Source: an uncultured Gammaproteobacteria bacterium (lineage in GTDB: Bacteria; Patescibacteriota; Patescibacteriia; SBBC01; CAIJZX01). From it: a stretch of DNA of 64,000 nt. Under the pieces are notes generated by a model. It saw nothing but the letters and a program-made list of their open reading frames with translations. It ran no database searches and was not told the origin of the DNA. The stretch's first letter is position 1. The number at the start of each line of letters is the position of its first letter. Made by a program: the position numbers and the translations under genes. Where the stretch lies: positions 685 to 64,684 of the forward strand of contig CAYNGY010000005.1 in NCBI GenBank assembly GCA_964397195.1. Reading direction: 5' to 3'. Positions 25,851 through 34,107 of the stretch are shown one piece after another.

Positions 25851-27539
25851 TTACTGTGCGACGCGGAAAACTTCGTCCACGCTCGTCAGTCCGTCTAGAG
25901 CCTTGAGGATTCCGTCTTGGACCATGGTTAACATGCCCTGCTGTTCGGCGATCTGGCGAACTTGGAACTCACTAACCGCGCCCGTCAAAATGAGCTTCTC
26001 CACATCAGCGTCAACGACCAGAACTTCAAATATGCCGATCCGGCCACGGTACCCGGTACCATGGCATGCCTCACACCCAACCGCCGCTCTCACGCCCTGA
26101 ATGCGGGCCGGGTCTGGGCGCTCTTGCGCGGACGCCGGAACGGCGGCGAGAACTGTTTGGATTTTTTGACTCGTGGCCGCATCGGGCGCCCGCGTCTTCG
26201 CGCAGGCCGTACAGAGTTTTCGGACCAGTCGTTGTGCAACGACGACGTTCAGGGCGGGGGCGAGCAGGTATGGCTTGGTGCCCATCGACAAAAACCGCGG
26301 CACCGCCCCGGCCGCATCGTTGGTATGAATCGTGGAAAGCACGAGGTGGCCGGTCAAGGCGGCCTGAACGGACGTTTCGGCGGTCTCGAGGTCACGAATT
26401 TCACCGACCATAATAATGTCTGGGTCCTGACGGAGAATGGATCGCAGTCCGGTGGCAAACGTATACCCCTTTGCCCAATCAACCTGGCTCTGGTTAATTC
26501 CTTCGAGCTTATATTCGATTGGGTCCTCGAGGGTGATGATCTTTGTTTCTGGAGAGTTCAGTTGTCGCATCACCGCGTAGAGCGTGGTAGTTTTCCCGGA
26601 TCCGGTCGGACCGGTGATGACCACCATGCCATTTGGTTTTTGGATGGCTTCTTCGAGGCGTTTTTGGGCCAGCCCGCGTAAGCCTAGATCGCTAAAACGG
26701 ACCGTGGTGGCCGAGGACCTGAGGAGCCGCATCACCACGCTTTCCCCAAAAGCGGTTGGTAGCGTTGAAACGCGAATGTCCACTTTCTCCTCGGGGAGGA
26801 AGATGGTGACCCGCCCGTCCTGGGGCATGGCCGTAACGTTGAGCTTGAGTCGAGCCAACAACTTGATACGCGCGACGATTCGTGGCCACCGTTCGGTCGG
26901 AAGCGTCGCGACCGGTGTTAGAACGCCATCAAGGCGTAGTCGGACGCGGACTCCGTCCGCCTCGGCCTCGACATGGATATCGGAGGCGTCGGCTGATAAG
27001 GCGGCGGCAATAAGAACAATGAAGGTGTCGGTGATACTTGCGTTCTGAACCTGGTTATCAAGGTGACGAACGTCGGTGATGTTTTTTTGTTGGCGAAGAA
27101 TGTCCTCGGTGGTTAGACGTAATTCGTCAGCCTGGGGGATTATTTTCGGCAGCCGGTCATACATTCGAACGGCCGTCTCGTAGCTGTGTTGGGAGATAAG
27201 ATATATCTCGACGTTGGCGTGATACTTGCGACGGATTTCTTCGATGGCGCTGGGTAATTCCAGGACGGCCGCGTCAACCACGCCAACACGAATCTCGGTC
27301 GACGTTTTTAGAAAACAGATGGCCCGCAGCTGTTCGGCAACGGCCCGCGGAACGATAGAGATGGTTTCTGGGCCAATTGGAAAGCCGACAAGATTGATAT
27401 ACCCAAAACCGATCGCATTCGCTCGCTGTTGTGTTTGGCGCTCGCTCTCGACGAGCGCAATCCGCTGCATATTGTCTTGGAAGGCGTCGGCGGTTGCTTG
27501 GTCGGCAAACTGTGGAGACGTCACGTGGTCTTTCGGCAT
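25851..27539 (-). CDS. type IV pilus assembly / type II secretion ATPase (PilB/GspE family)
   Basis: Walker A VITGPTGSGKTTTLYA, Asp and His boxes, tetracysteine CxxC...CxxC (CTAC...CEAC) Zn motif. Confidence 0.85.
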   Translation of the reverse strand: MPKDHVTSPQFADQATADAFQDNMQRIALVESERQTQQRANAIGFGYINLVGFPIGPETISIVPRAVAEQLRAICFLKTSTEIRVGVVDAAVLELPSAIEEIRRKYHANVEIYLISQHSYETAVRMYDRLPKIIPQADELRLTTEDILRQQKNITDVRHLDNQVQNASITDTFIVLIAAALSADASDIHVEAEADGVRVRLRLDGVLTPVATLPTERWPRIVARIKLLARLKLNVTAMPQDGRVTIFLPEEKVDIRVSTLPTAFGESVVMRLLRSSATTVRFSDLGLRGLAQKRLEEAIQKPNGMVVITGPTGSGKTTTLYAVMRQLNSPETKIITLEDPIEYKLEGINQSQVDWAKGYTFATGLRSILRQDPDIIMVGEIRDLETAETSVQAALTGHLVLSTIHTNDAAGAVPRFLSMGTKPYLLAPALNVVVAQRLVRKLCTACAKTRAPDAATSQKIQTVLAAVPASAQERPDPARIQGVRAAVGCEACHGTGYRGRIGIFEVLVVDADVEKLILTGAVSEFQVRQIAEQQGMLTMVQDGILKALDGLTSVDEVFRVAQ

Positions 27540-27599
27540 GGTGAAGACAGTATACCAAAGCCGGGGCCATCTTGCCGAATGCTCGTCTTTTCAGCGCGC

Positions 27600-28700
27600 T
27601 TACTTGCCGGTTAACTGTTGAACAGCCCGCGCAATTGGCACATCAAGAACGCCGCGGAAGTACTGCTCAGAAATTGGTAAAAGCGCCGCTGGCAGCTTCA
27701 GGGTGGTGGGGTCGGTTGCGTAGAGGTGAACCTCTGTGCCCTCGTGGCGTTCAAGAAAGAGAATGACCGTCTTCATGTTCGAGGCGGTGGTCAGGAGCTC
27801 ATCGAGCGCACCGGCGGCTTCCTCGGTCGTTGCTCCGGTCAGTCGCATGTCTTCTTTGGTAATGACCGTCCACATCGTTCCGCGATCATCCGTTTTAATA
27901 TTCGAAAGCGCTCGTCCCCAGACCTTCAGTCCGGAGACTGTTTTGGTCTGATAGAGGTGCCGGACGATTTCTTCGCGTCGAGCGCCGGCCGAAATGAGGT
28001 GCGAGGCAACCGAAAGTGACCGGGGGGTGACGCCGGCGGATTGAAACCCGCGCGTCCGGGAGATGATGCCAGCCAACATGTTGGTGGCGACCTGTTCATC
28101 GATTTGATCTGGGGCCACGTGTTGGAAGAGCTCGAAAACAATTTCTGACGAGGAGCTGGCAACCACATCGATCAAGTTTACCTGCCCGTATCGCTGGTGT
28201 CCCGCGCGATGGTCGATGCTAATCGTCGGCGTCTGGTAAAAAAATTCGGCGTTGTTGCTGTACATGTCCCCAAGGTCGGCCAGCGCGGCCACCCCGATTA
28301 CGATGACGGCATCGTACGCGAAGGCGCCCGAGGACGTCGTAACGTCGCTCGATTCAAAGAACCCATTCTTTGGGTTCAAGTATATTCGTAGCTTCTCTCC
28401 CTCGACGTTGTAGCTGAGGGCGTCGATTTTTGTGCGCGACGTGTCGACGGTGATCACGAAATTCCTCAGGCTCGTGAGGTCTTGTTTCACCGATGCGGCC
28501 TGCGGCAGAAATCCATGCTGTGGGAGCAGTCGAAATCCGGGACTAACGAGGTGGGGCGACTTTTTGAGTCGCTCCAATACCATCATCGCCGCCAATCCGG
28601 CGGCCAGGGCGTCGGTGTCGGGATCGCGTGGTATGATGATAAGCGGCGATCGGCTGTCCTTAATGATACGGGCCGCGTCCGCCAAATTCGTTATAGCCAT
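27600..28700 (-). CDS. DHH-DHHA1 family phosphoesterase (NrnA-like nanoRNase/pAp phosphatase)
   Basis: N-terminal IIIPRDPDTDALAAGLA (DHH motif I-II region), IDHRAG (DHH), C-terminal DHHA1-like GGH region. Confidence 0.7.
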   Translation of the reverse strand: MAITNLADAARIIKDSRSPLIIIPRDPDTDALAAGLAAMMVLERLKKSPHLVSPGFRLLPQHGFLPQAASVKQDLTSLRNFVITVDTSRTKIDALSYNVEGEKLRIYLNPKNGFFESSDVTTSSGAFAYDAVIVIGVAALADLGDMYSNNAEFFYQTPTISIDHRAGHQRYGQVNLIDVVASSSSEIVFELFQHVAPDQIDEQVATNMLAGIISRTRGFQSAGVTPRSLSVASHLISAGARREEIVRHLYQTKTVSGLKVWGRALSNIKTDDRGTMWTVITKEDMRLTGATTEEAAGALDELLTTASNMKTVILFLERHEGTEVHLYATDPTTLKLPAALLPISEQYFRGVLDVPIARAVQQLTGK

Positions 28701-29166
28701 GACATCAGTTCAATTGAACGCTGCATCATACCAAAAACGCCGGGGCGAGTCAACCGCCCCGACCGCCGCGGTCTTGGGACAGATAGTCCGGGGGGTTATT
28801 CGGGCCCACCCCGAAATCTCCACTTGGCTTTTCTCTGGCCCCCTGGGGGCGGGGAAATCAACCGCTGTCCGGGCGGTACTACGCGGCTTGGGAATCAAAA
28901 AACGTGTTCCCAGTCCAACGTTCACCCTCGTCCAATCGTATGCGCTGCCGCGCGGTGGAAAGCTTTACCATTTAGACGCCTATCGGGTCCGTGGTCCACA
29001 CGAATGGGGCGGGCTCGGGCTCGATGAGATCGTCGGGGCGCCCCAGTCGTTGGTGTGCGTCGAATGGCCCGAGCGCCTGCGGGGTTTCCGATGGGGTGCC
29101 CATGGCCACATTCGTATCTCCATGCTCCGTCGCGGCCGCCGGTGCCGCTGGGTCGTGTCTGACTAA
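28699..29166 (+). CDS. tsaE: tRNA threonylcarbamoyladenosine biosynthesis protein TsaE (YjeE ATPase)
   Basis: P-loop SGPLGAGKSTAVR, SPTFTLVQSY, HLDAYRV, VEWPERL. Start MTSVQLN; the track ORF 28432-29166 is extended antisense into the DHH gene. Confidence 0.75.
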   Translation: MTSVQLNAASYQKRRGESTAPTAAVLGQIVRGVIRAHPEISTWLFSGPLGAGKSTAVRAVLRGLGIKKRVPSPTFTLVQSYALPRGGKLYHLDAYRVRGPHEWGGLGLDEIVGAPQSLVCVEWPERLRGFRWGAHGHIRISMLRRGRRCRWVVSD

Positions 29167-29423
29167 GCCGAAACGGGGCTCGGCGCGGCCTTGGGTAAGG
29201 TCGCGTCCTCAACGATCATCCCCGCGTTATCAAAGCCGACGACCTGGGTGCGATCTATCACGAGCTCCTGGTTGACCGCCGATGGGAGGAGGCGATGCGC
29301 GCGGACCACATATGATCGAATTGTTTGCGTGTCCTGATCAATCACGAGGTCAGCAACCGTGCCGAGGTGTTGTCCTGATTCGGTGCGAACATTCGTGCGG
29401 ATAAGGGCGCGCGGATTGCTCAT
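29163..29423 (-). CDS. small PRC-barrel-like hypothetical protein
   Basis: 86 aa; GTVADLVIDQDTQTI ... ELVIDRTQVVGFD pattern resembles a PRC barrel. Occupies the position usually held by jag downstream of yidC. 4-nt overlaps on both sides. Confidence 0.35.
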   Translation of the reverse strand: MSNPRALIRTNVRTESGQHLGTVADLVIDQDTQTIRSYVVRAHRLLPSAVNQELVIDRTQVVGFDNAGMIVEDATLPKAAPSPVSA

Positions 29424-30205
29424 CCTTGGATAATTTCCTGTTTTGGCGCCGCGCTCTTTTGTAGCGGGTGCGTTTTGAGGAAAATATATTGTTGGATGAT
29501 GCCAAAGATCGACGAGGAAATCCAGTACAGCCCTAATCCGGCCGGGAGGGTGTAGGTGATATAGGCCATTAGGAGGGGCAGGGTATACATCATCGATCGG
29601 TTCATGGTGGCGGTCATGGCCTCATCCTTGGCGCCAGGCGTAGTCGGCTCGCTCGGCGCGGCGATCATTTTTGTTTGCCAGAACTGGGCCGCCCCGGTGA
29701 GGACCGCCAAGATAATGTTCCCGGCCGTTTTAACGGCGGTTAGATCAATGATCCCGAAGAATGAGCCGTTGAGTGCATGGGCGCTGAAATACGCTTGAAG
29801 GCCGCTGGCCAAGTCCTTGATGTGTTCCGGTTTCAAGAAACCGGCGGCGTCGACGGAGATACCATTTCGGAATACCTGATAAAGCTGATAGAAGACCACG
29901 AGCTGAATGATCATCGGCAAACACGAAGAGGCCGGGTTGACGCGACTTTCTTTGTACAGTTTCATTTGTTCGCGGGCCAAGCCTTCTTTGTCGCCCTTAT
30001 ATTGCTCCTGAATCGCCTTGAGCTTCGGCTGAAGCGACTGTAGTTGCCGCGAAGCGCGCATCTGCGCCAAGGTTGGGTAGTACAAGACGACGCGCACCGC
30101 GAGGGTGATGAGAATGATGGCCAGGCCGAGATCGTGGCCGGGCAAGACCTGTACTAGCCAGAGTAGCGCGTTGTAAAGTGGAACGTAGATGAAGCTGTGG
30201 AACAT
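29420..30205 (-). CDS. yidC: membrane protein insertase YidC (short, Oxa1-like form)
   Basis: Five TM helices, conserved YidC/Oxa1 core, in the canonical rpmH-rnpA-yidD-yidC neighbourhood. Confidence 0.85.
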   Translation of the reverse strand: MFHSFIYVPLYNALLWLVQVLPGHDLGLAIILITLAVRVVLYYPTLAQMRASRQLQSLQPKLKAIQEQYKGDKEGLAREQMKLYKESRVNPASSCLPMIIQLVVFYQLYQVFRNGISVDAAGFLKPEHIKDLASGLQAYFSAHALNGSFFGIIDLTAVKTAGNIILAVLTGAAQFWQTKMIAAPSEPTTPGAKDEAMTATMNRSMMYTLPLLMAYITYTLPAGLGLYWISSSIFGIIQQYIFLKTHPLQKSAAPKQEIIQG

Positions 30206-30208
30206 AAA

Positions 30209-30487
30209 TTAAGGTATTGGATCAAAACCGCCCGCAGACCACGGATGGCAGCGGCCTATCCGTGCCGCCCCGAGCAGGGCGCCCGGTACGAGGCCGTGTT
30301 TGTTGATAGCTTGTCGAGTGTATTCTGAACATGTCGGGTGGTACTTACACGCGCCGTGGGGAAAGGCCGCGCGGAGCGGGCCGTGGTCTGGTGACAGCGT
30401 GTGCTGGTACGCGCGAATAATCGCGTTGGCGATGCGCCGCGGTATAGACGATATCGAGAAGGTGGTTGGTGAGACGATTGAGATCAT
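30209..30487 (-). CDS. yidD: membrane protein insertion efficiency factor YidD
   Basis: AIIRAYQHTLSP...CKYHPTCSEY...RCHPWSAGGFDPIP hallmark motifs. Start uncertain; the track ORF overlaps the rnpA 3' end by ~140 nt. Confidence 0.75.
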   Translation of the reverse strand: MISIVSPTTFSISSIPRRIANAIIRAYQHTLSPDHGPLRAAFPHGACKYHPTCSEYTRQAINKHGLVPGALLGAARIGRCHPWSAGGFDPIP

Positions 30488-30767
30488 GGGTTGAGAGGCC
30501 GACTATGGCCGGTCGAGTGTAGAGGATAACGTCGAGGCCGGGTTCGAGCCCACGACGCTGGATGATCGCGCGGAGCCGTCGTTTAACGGTATTCCGGGTG
30601 ACCGCTAACTTGGAAACAGTCTTTCCAACCACGAATCCGGCGCGGCCGACGGATGTAGGCGAGATCGCCGCACGGACGACAAGCGCCGCATCCCGGGCAA
30701 CGATCCGCGAGCGGCTCATATTTACGTACTCTCGTTCTCGACGGACGCGGTGTACTCGGGGGAGCAC
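30345..30767 (-). CDS. rnpA: ribonuclease P protein component RnpA
   Basis: RNase P protein pattern (GFVVGKTVSKLAVTRNTVKRRLRA, the RNR-like basic motif). Directly downstream of rpmH. Confidence 0.8.
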   Translation of the reverse strand: MLPRVHRVRREREYVNMSRSRIVARDAALVVRAAISPTSVGRAGFVVGKTVSKLAVTRNTVKRRLRAIIQRRGLEPGLDVILYTRPAIVGLSTHDLNRLTNHLLDIVYTAAHRQRDYSRVPAHAVTRPRPAPRGLSPRRV

Positions 30768-30768
30768 G

Positions 30769-30906
30769 TTAAACGCTCAGTCGTTTCCGGCCTTTGGCGC
30801 GGCGGCGCTTCAGTGTGCGACGTCCGGTCGGGGTGGCTTGGCGCGCGCGGTACCCGTGAACTCGGGCGCGGCGGCGGGCCTTTGGTTGATAGGTTCTCTT
30901 TGGCAT
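30769..30906 (-). CDS. rpmH: 50S ribosomal protein L34
   Basis: [45 protein letters not shown] is near-identical in pattern to bL34. The track ORF carries a spurious 30-aa N-terminal extension. Confidence 0.9.
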   Translation of the reverse strand: MPKRTYQPKARRRARVHGYRARQATPTGRRTLKRRRAKGRKRLSV

Positions 30907-31066
30907 AAGCCTCGGCAGTTTACCAGTCCCGCGTATTACGGTCAAAGGTGTAATATAATTACCCACACCTTCCCCAGGAAATCCACAGCATATCAACCTT
31001 TTGGCTAATTTTGGCCATTTTTTAGCCCTGTGGATTATGCTATTATTGCTTTCTAGTGAAAAACCT

Positions 31067-32431
31067 ATGAATCAGGATCAGTTATGGCAAGCGGCATTAG
31101 GTGAGCTTGAGCTGCTAATAAGTAAGGCAAACTTCACCACCTGGTTTAAGAACACCTTTATTGTCTCTGTCGACGGCCCGAAGGCCGTCGTTGGCGTTCC
31201 AAATGGCTTTACGAAGGCTTGGCTGGAGACAAAGTACAACCCGCAGATCATTCAGGCCCTGACCAATGCAAACGGGGGGCCAGTTACGGCCGTTGAATAC
31301 CGCGTCGAAAGTCGTGGTCGTGTTACCCCCGGTTCCGCCGCCGCGTCCGCCCCAACTGGTCCGGCCGCACCGAGGGTCGTGCAAAAAGTGGCTAATGTTA
31401 GCGAAAAGACGTCCGTTGACCCAAAATACGTCTTTGACACGTTTGTGGTCGGCAAGGGAAGCGAGTTAGCCTATGCCGCGGCCAAGGCGGTCGCCGATCA
31501 ACCCGGGCAAGCCTATAATCCGCTCTTTCTCTACGGGGGTGTCGGGCTTGGAAAAACCCACCTCATGCAGGCCATCGGGAACCATATTTTGGCTAAGAAT
31601 AGCCAATCTCGGGTGTTTTACGTCTCTTCTGAGCGGTTCACAAATGAGTTTATTCAGGCGGTTTCTCACGGAAATGCTGAAAAATTCAAGCAATTTTACC
31701 GAAACGTTGATGTTCTGTTAATTGATGATATCCAGTTTTTGGCCGGAAAAGAGGGAACTCAGGAGGAGTTCTTTCATACATTCAACGCCCTTCATCAGGC
31801 AAAAAAACAAATCGTGGTCACTTCTGACCGTCCGCCAAAATCCATTTCCGCTCTTGAGGCCCGGCTCGTCTCCCGTTTCGAATGGGGGATGATCGCCGAT
31901 ATTGCCCAGCCCGACCTAGAAACCCGGACGGCTATTTTGAGTGCCAAGTGCCGAGAAAAGAACTACTTACTCGACCCGGAAATTGTTCAGTACGTCGCCT
32001 CGACCGTCCAGAGCAATGTACGCGAGCTCGAGGGGGCGCTCAATCGGATTATTGCGTATCATAATCTCAATCAGACAACGCCTTCACTCGACAGCGTGAA
32101 GTCGCTGATTGGGGCCCTGTCGCCGTCTCTCAAGCGAGGCGGCATCACCCCGCGACAAGTAATCACCACCGTGGCGCAGTTCTACGACATTGCCCTTGAG
32201 GACATTGTTGGGACGAGTCGGAAGAAAGAGCTCGTTGAACCGCGTCAGATGGCGATGTATCTGTTGCGTGAAGAGCTCCACGCGTCGTTTCCGGCCATCG
32301 GGCACGAGCTCGGCGGTCGCGATCACACAACCGCGATGCACGCGTGCACGAAGGTGTCGGCCCAAATCGAAACGAACGAGAAGTTGCGACAAGATTTCGT
32401 CCTCTTAAAGCAGAAGCTCTATGGCGGATAA
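31067..32431 (+). CDS. dnaA: chromosomal replication initiator DnaA
   Basis: AAA+ Walker [11 protein letters not shown], Walker [10 protein letters not shown], sensor motifs, C-terminal DNA-binding domain. Start at [14 protein letters not shown]; the track start 31001 is probably an extension. Confidence 0.9.
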   Translation: MNQDQLWQAALGELELLISKANFTTWFKNTFIVSVDGPKAVVGVPNGFTKAWLETKYNPQIIQALTNANGGPVTAVEYRVESRGRVTPGSAAASAPTGPAAPRVVQKVANVSEKTSVDPKYVFDTFVVGKGSELAYAAAKAVADQPGQAYNPLFLYGGVGLGKTHLMQAIGNHILAKNSQSRVFYVSSERFTNEFIQAVSHGNAEKFKQFYRNVDVLLIDDIQFLAGKEGTQEEFFHTFNALHQAKKQIVVTSDRPPKSISALEARLVSRFEWGMIADIAQPDLETRTAILSAKCREKNYLLDPEIVQYVASTVQSNVRELEGALNRIIAYHNLNQTTPSLDSVKSLIGALSPSLKRGGITPRQVITTVAQFYDIALEDIVGTSRKKELVEPRQMAMYLLREELHASFPAIGHELGGRDHTTAMHACTKVSAQIETNEKLRQDFVLLKQKLYGG

Positions 32432-32696
32432 GTTGTGAGCATCGTGTGCTCATCTATCCCTGAGTGGTGGATGAACGTGTGCCCCATTCAGTGTAGTACC
32501 TGTGTGTCGCCGACGAGTTACCCACCGCCCCATCGATCCCGGCCGCGCTCGTCCCCATTTCGTCACCCTTTCCCACACTTCATTGTCCACGTCGTCACTG
32601 CGTGTATCGGTGCTCATTACAGGGCCGTCCGGGATTCTCCCCACTCTCCACACCCCTTATTACCACCACCACAATACATAATCATTTTATAACCGT
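32432..32696. other. candidate oriC (dnaA-dnaN intergenic): DnaA-box-like 9-mers and a terminal AT-rich stretch
   Basis: 265-bp non-coding spacer with TTGTCCACG and TTCATCCAC-type DnaA-box variants, a C-rich tract, then CACAATACATAATCATTTTATAACC. Additional boxes AAATCCACA and TGTGGATTA flank the dnaA promoter region (30985-31040). Confidence 0.35.
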
Positions 32697-33797
32697 ATGA
32701 AGTTCATCTGCACGCAGGAAAATCTTTCACGAGGACTTCACGTTGTGTCTCGGGCTGCGAGCAAAAATGTTTCCCTCCCGATCTTGAACAACGTCTTACT
32801 CATCGCCGAGGGTGGCGCGGTTCGTTTGCAAACTACGAACCTGGAAGTGGCGATTACGACAATCGTTCGAGCGAAAATAGAAACTGAGGGTCGATATACG
32901 GTTAATTCGCGACTCTTTACCGACTTCGTGAGCACGGTAAAGGGCGACCATGTGACAGTGCAGATTGTGGGCGACGGCCTGCAGGTTCAATCGGATCAAA
33001 CCGAGACGGTGATTCGGGGTATGCCAGCCGATGAATTCCCAATTCTTCCGATCGTGCAGCAGGGGGAGTCGGTTGAAGTGCCGGCGAGTGTATTCTCTCG
33101 TGCGCTTCGAGAAGTGGTATTTGCTGTAGCGACAGATGAGACCCGACCGGAAATTTGTGGAGTATACTTATCGCTTCAACAACGGGAGTGCAACTTGGCG
33201 GCGACAGATAGCCACCGATTGTCCGAGCGGACTATCGTACTTCCGGTCGCTACGACCGCGGCAGTACACGCGATTATTCCGGCGCGGGCGGCCCAAGAAA
33301 TTCTACGGATTACCGAGGACGAGAGCGCATCAATGATTTTACAAATTGATGAGCAACAGGCGAGCGTACAATGTGGTGAAACGACGCTGGTGACTCGGCT
33401 AATCGAGGGGCAGTATCCGGAATATCGGCAACTTATTCCGAGCTCATTTGAGGTAAAAGTGACGCTCAAGAAGGATGAATTTCTTGATGCGGTGCGGGCG
33501 GCCAGCCTGTTTTCCCAGCCGGGCATCCATGACATAGCGATTAAAGTTGGAGCGGATAAAGATATCCAAATATTTGCCACAAGCACCCAGGCGGGGAGAC
33601 ACACCGCGACCGTCGCGGCCGAGGTTGACGGCGGAGAAAAAGAAGTTGTATTTAATAGCCGCTATGTGATTGACGGTATACAAAATCTTCCGGGTGACGA
33701 GATCCAGATGGAGCTTGGTGGGGCCCAGGCGCCGGGCGTATTGCGTCCGACGGCGACTGTTGGAGCGGTATACTTGATTATGCCGATTCGGCAATAG
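32697..33797 (+). CDS. dnaN: DNA polymerase III beta sliding clamp
   Basis: MKFICTQENLSRGLHVVSRAA... has the three-domain beta-clamp pattern, immediately after dnaA. Confidence 0.9.
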   Translation: MKFICTQENLSRGLHVVSRAASKNVSLPILNNVLLIAEGGAVRLQTTNLEVAITTIVRAKIETEGRYTVNSRLFTDFVSTVKGDHVTVQIVGDGLQVQSDQTETVIRGMPADEFPILPIVQQGESVEVPASVFSRALREVVFAVATDETRPEICGVYLSLQQRECNLAATDSHRLSERTIVLPVATTAAVHAIIPARAAQEILRITEDESASMILQIDEQQASVQCGETTLVTRLIEGQYPEYRQLIPSSFEVKVTLKKDEFLDAVRAASLFSQPGIHDIAIKVGADKDIQIFATSTQAGRHTATVAAEVDGGEKEVVFNSRYVIDGIQNLPGDEIQMELGGAQAPGVLRPTATVGAVYLIMPIRQ

Positions 33798-33807
33798 TCT
33801 ATCCGTC

Positions 33808-34107
33808 GTGGATACCATCGGACGGCTTATTCATCAAAAGTCCACCCTCCCGATTCAGCATACGGAGTTGAAGGTGCTCGGCGCGGCTAATGAAGTACTC
33901 GTAGCCTACGTCCAGGGCTCAGCAGATGCGCGGGCGGTAATCTACCAGCACGAGGAGTTGACGATTAGAGTTGTGGCCCCGGTGGTGCGGGAGCATTTAC
34001 GTGGACAAGAACAGGACTGGCGAGAAAAAATCAACGCCCTACTTGAACGCCGATATGGTGGACCGCGGGTGACGCGAGTGACGTATCGAGTGGTTACTGA
34101 ACCGTAA
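33808..34107 (+). CDS. DUF721/DciA-like protein (putative replicative helicase loader-associated)
   Basis: 99 aa next to dnaN. Pattern LGAANEVLVAYVQGSADARAVIYQ...LTIRVVAPVVREHL...KINALL...RVTYRV resembles DUF721. Tentative. Confidence 0.4.
   Translation: MDTIGRLIHQKSTLPIQHTELKVLGAANEVLVAYVQGSADARAVIYQHEELTIRVVAPVVREHLRGQEQDWREKINALLERRYGGPRVTRVTYRVVTEP

Noticed and set aside
25903-27621. Numerous plus-strand and internal ORFs inside pilB and valS (e.g. 25962-26681, 26066-26413, 26584-27048, 27226-27621)
   Set aside because: They are antisense or frameshifted relative to long, motif-rich genes (Walker A and tetracysteine of PilB). Arg/Pro-rich translations are typical of GC-rich antisense frames.
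28432-28698. 5' extension of track ORF 28432-29166 (tsaE)
   Set aside because: It runs antisense through the DHH phosphoesterase coding region. The TsaE homologous region begins at MTSVQLN (28699).
31001-31066. dnaA start at 31001 ([22 protein letters not shown])
   Set aside because: The hydrophobic extension is not part of DnaA domain [15 protein letters not shown] at ~31067 matches the canonical DnaA N-terminus. Retained only as an alternative.
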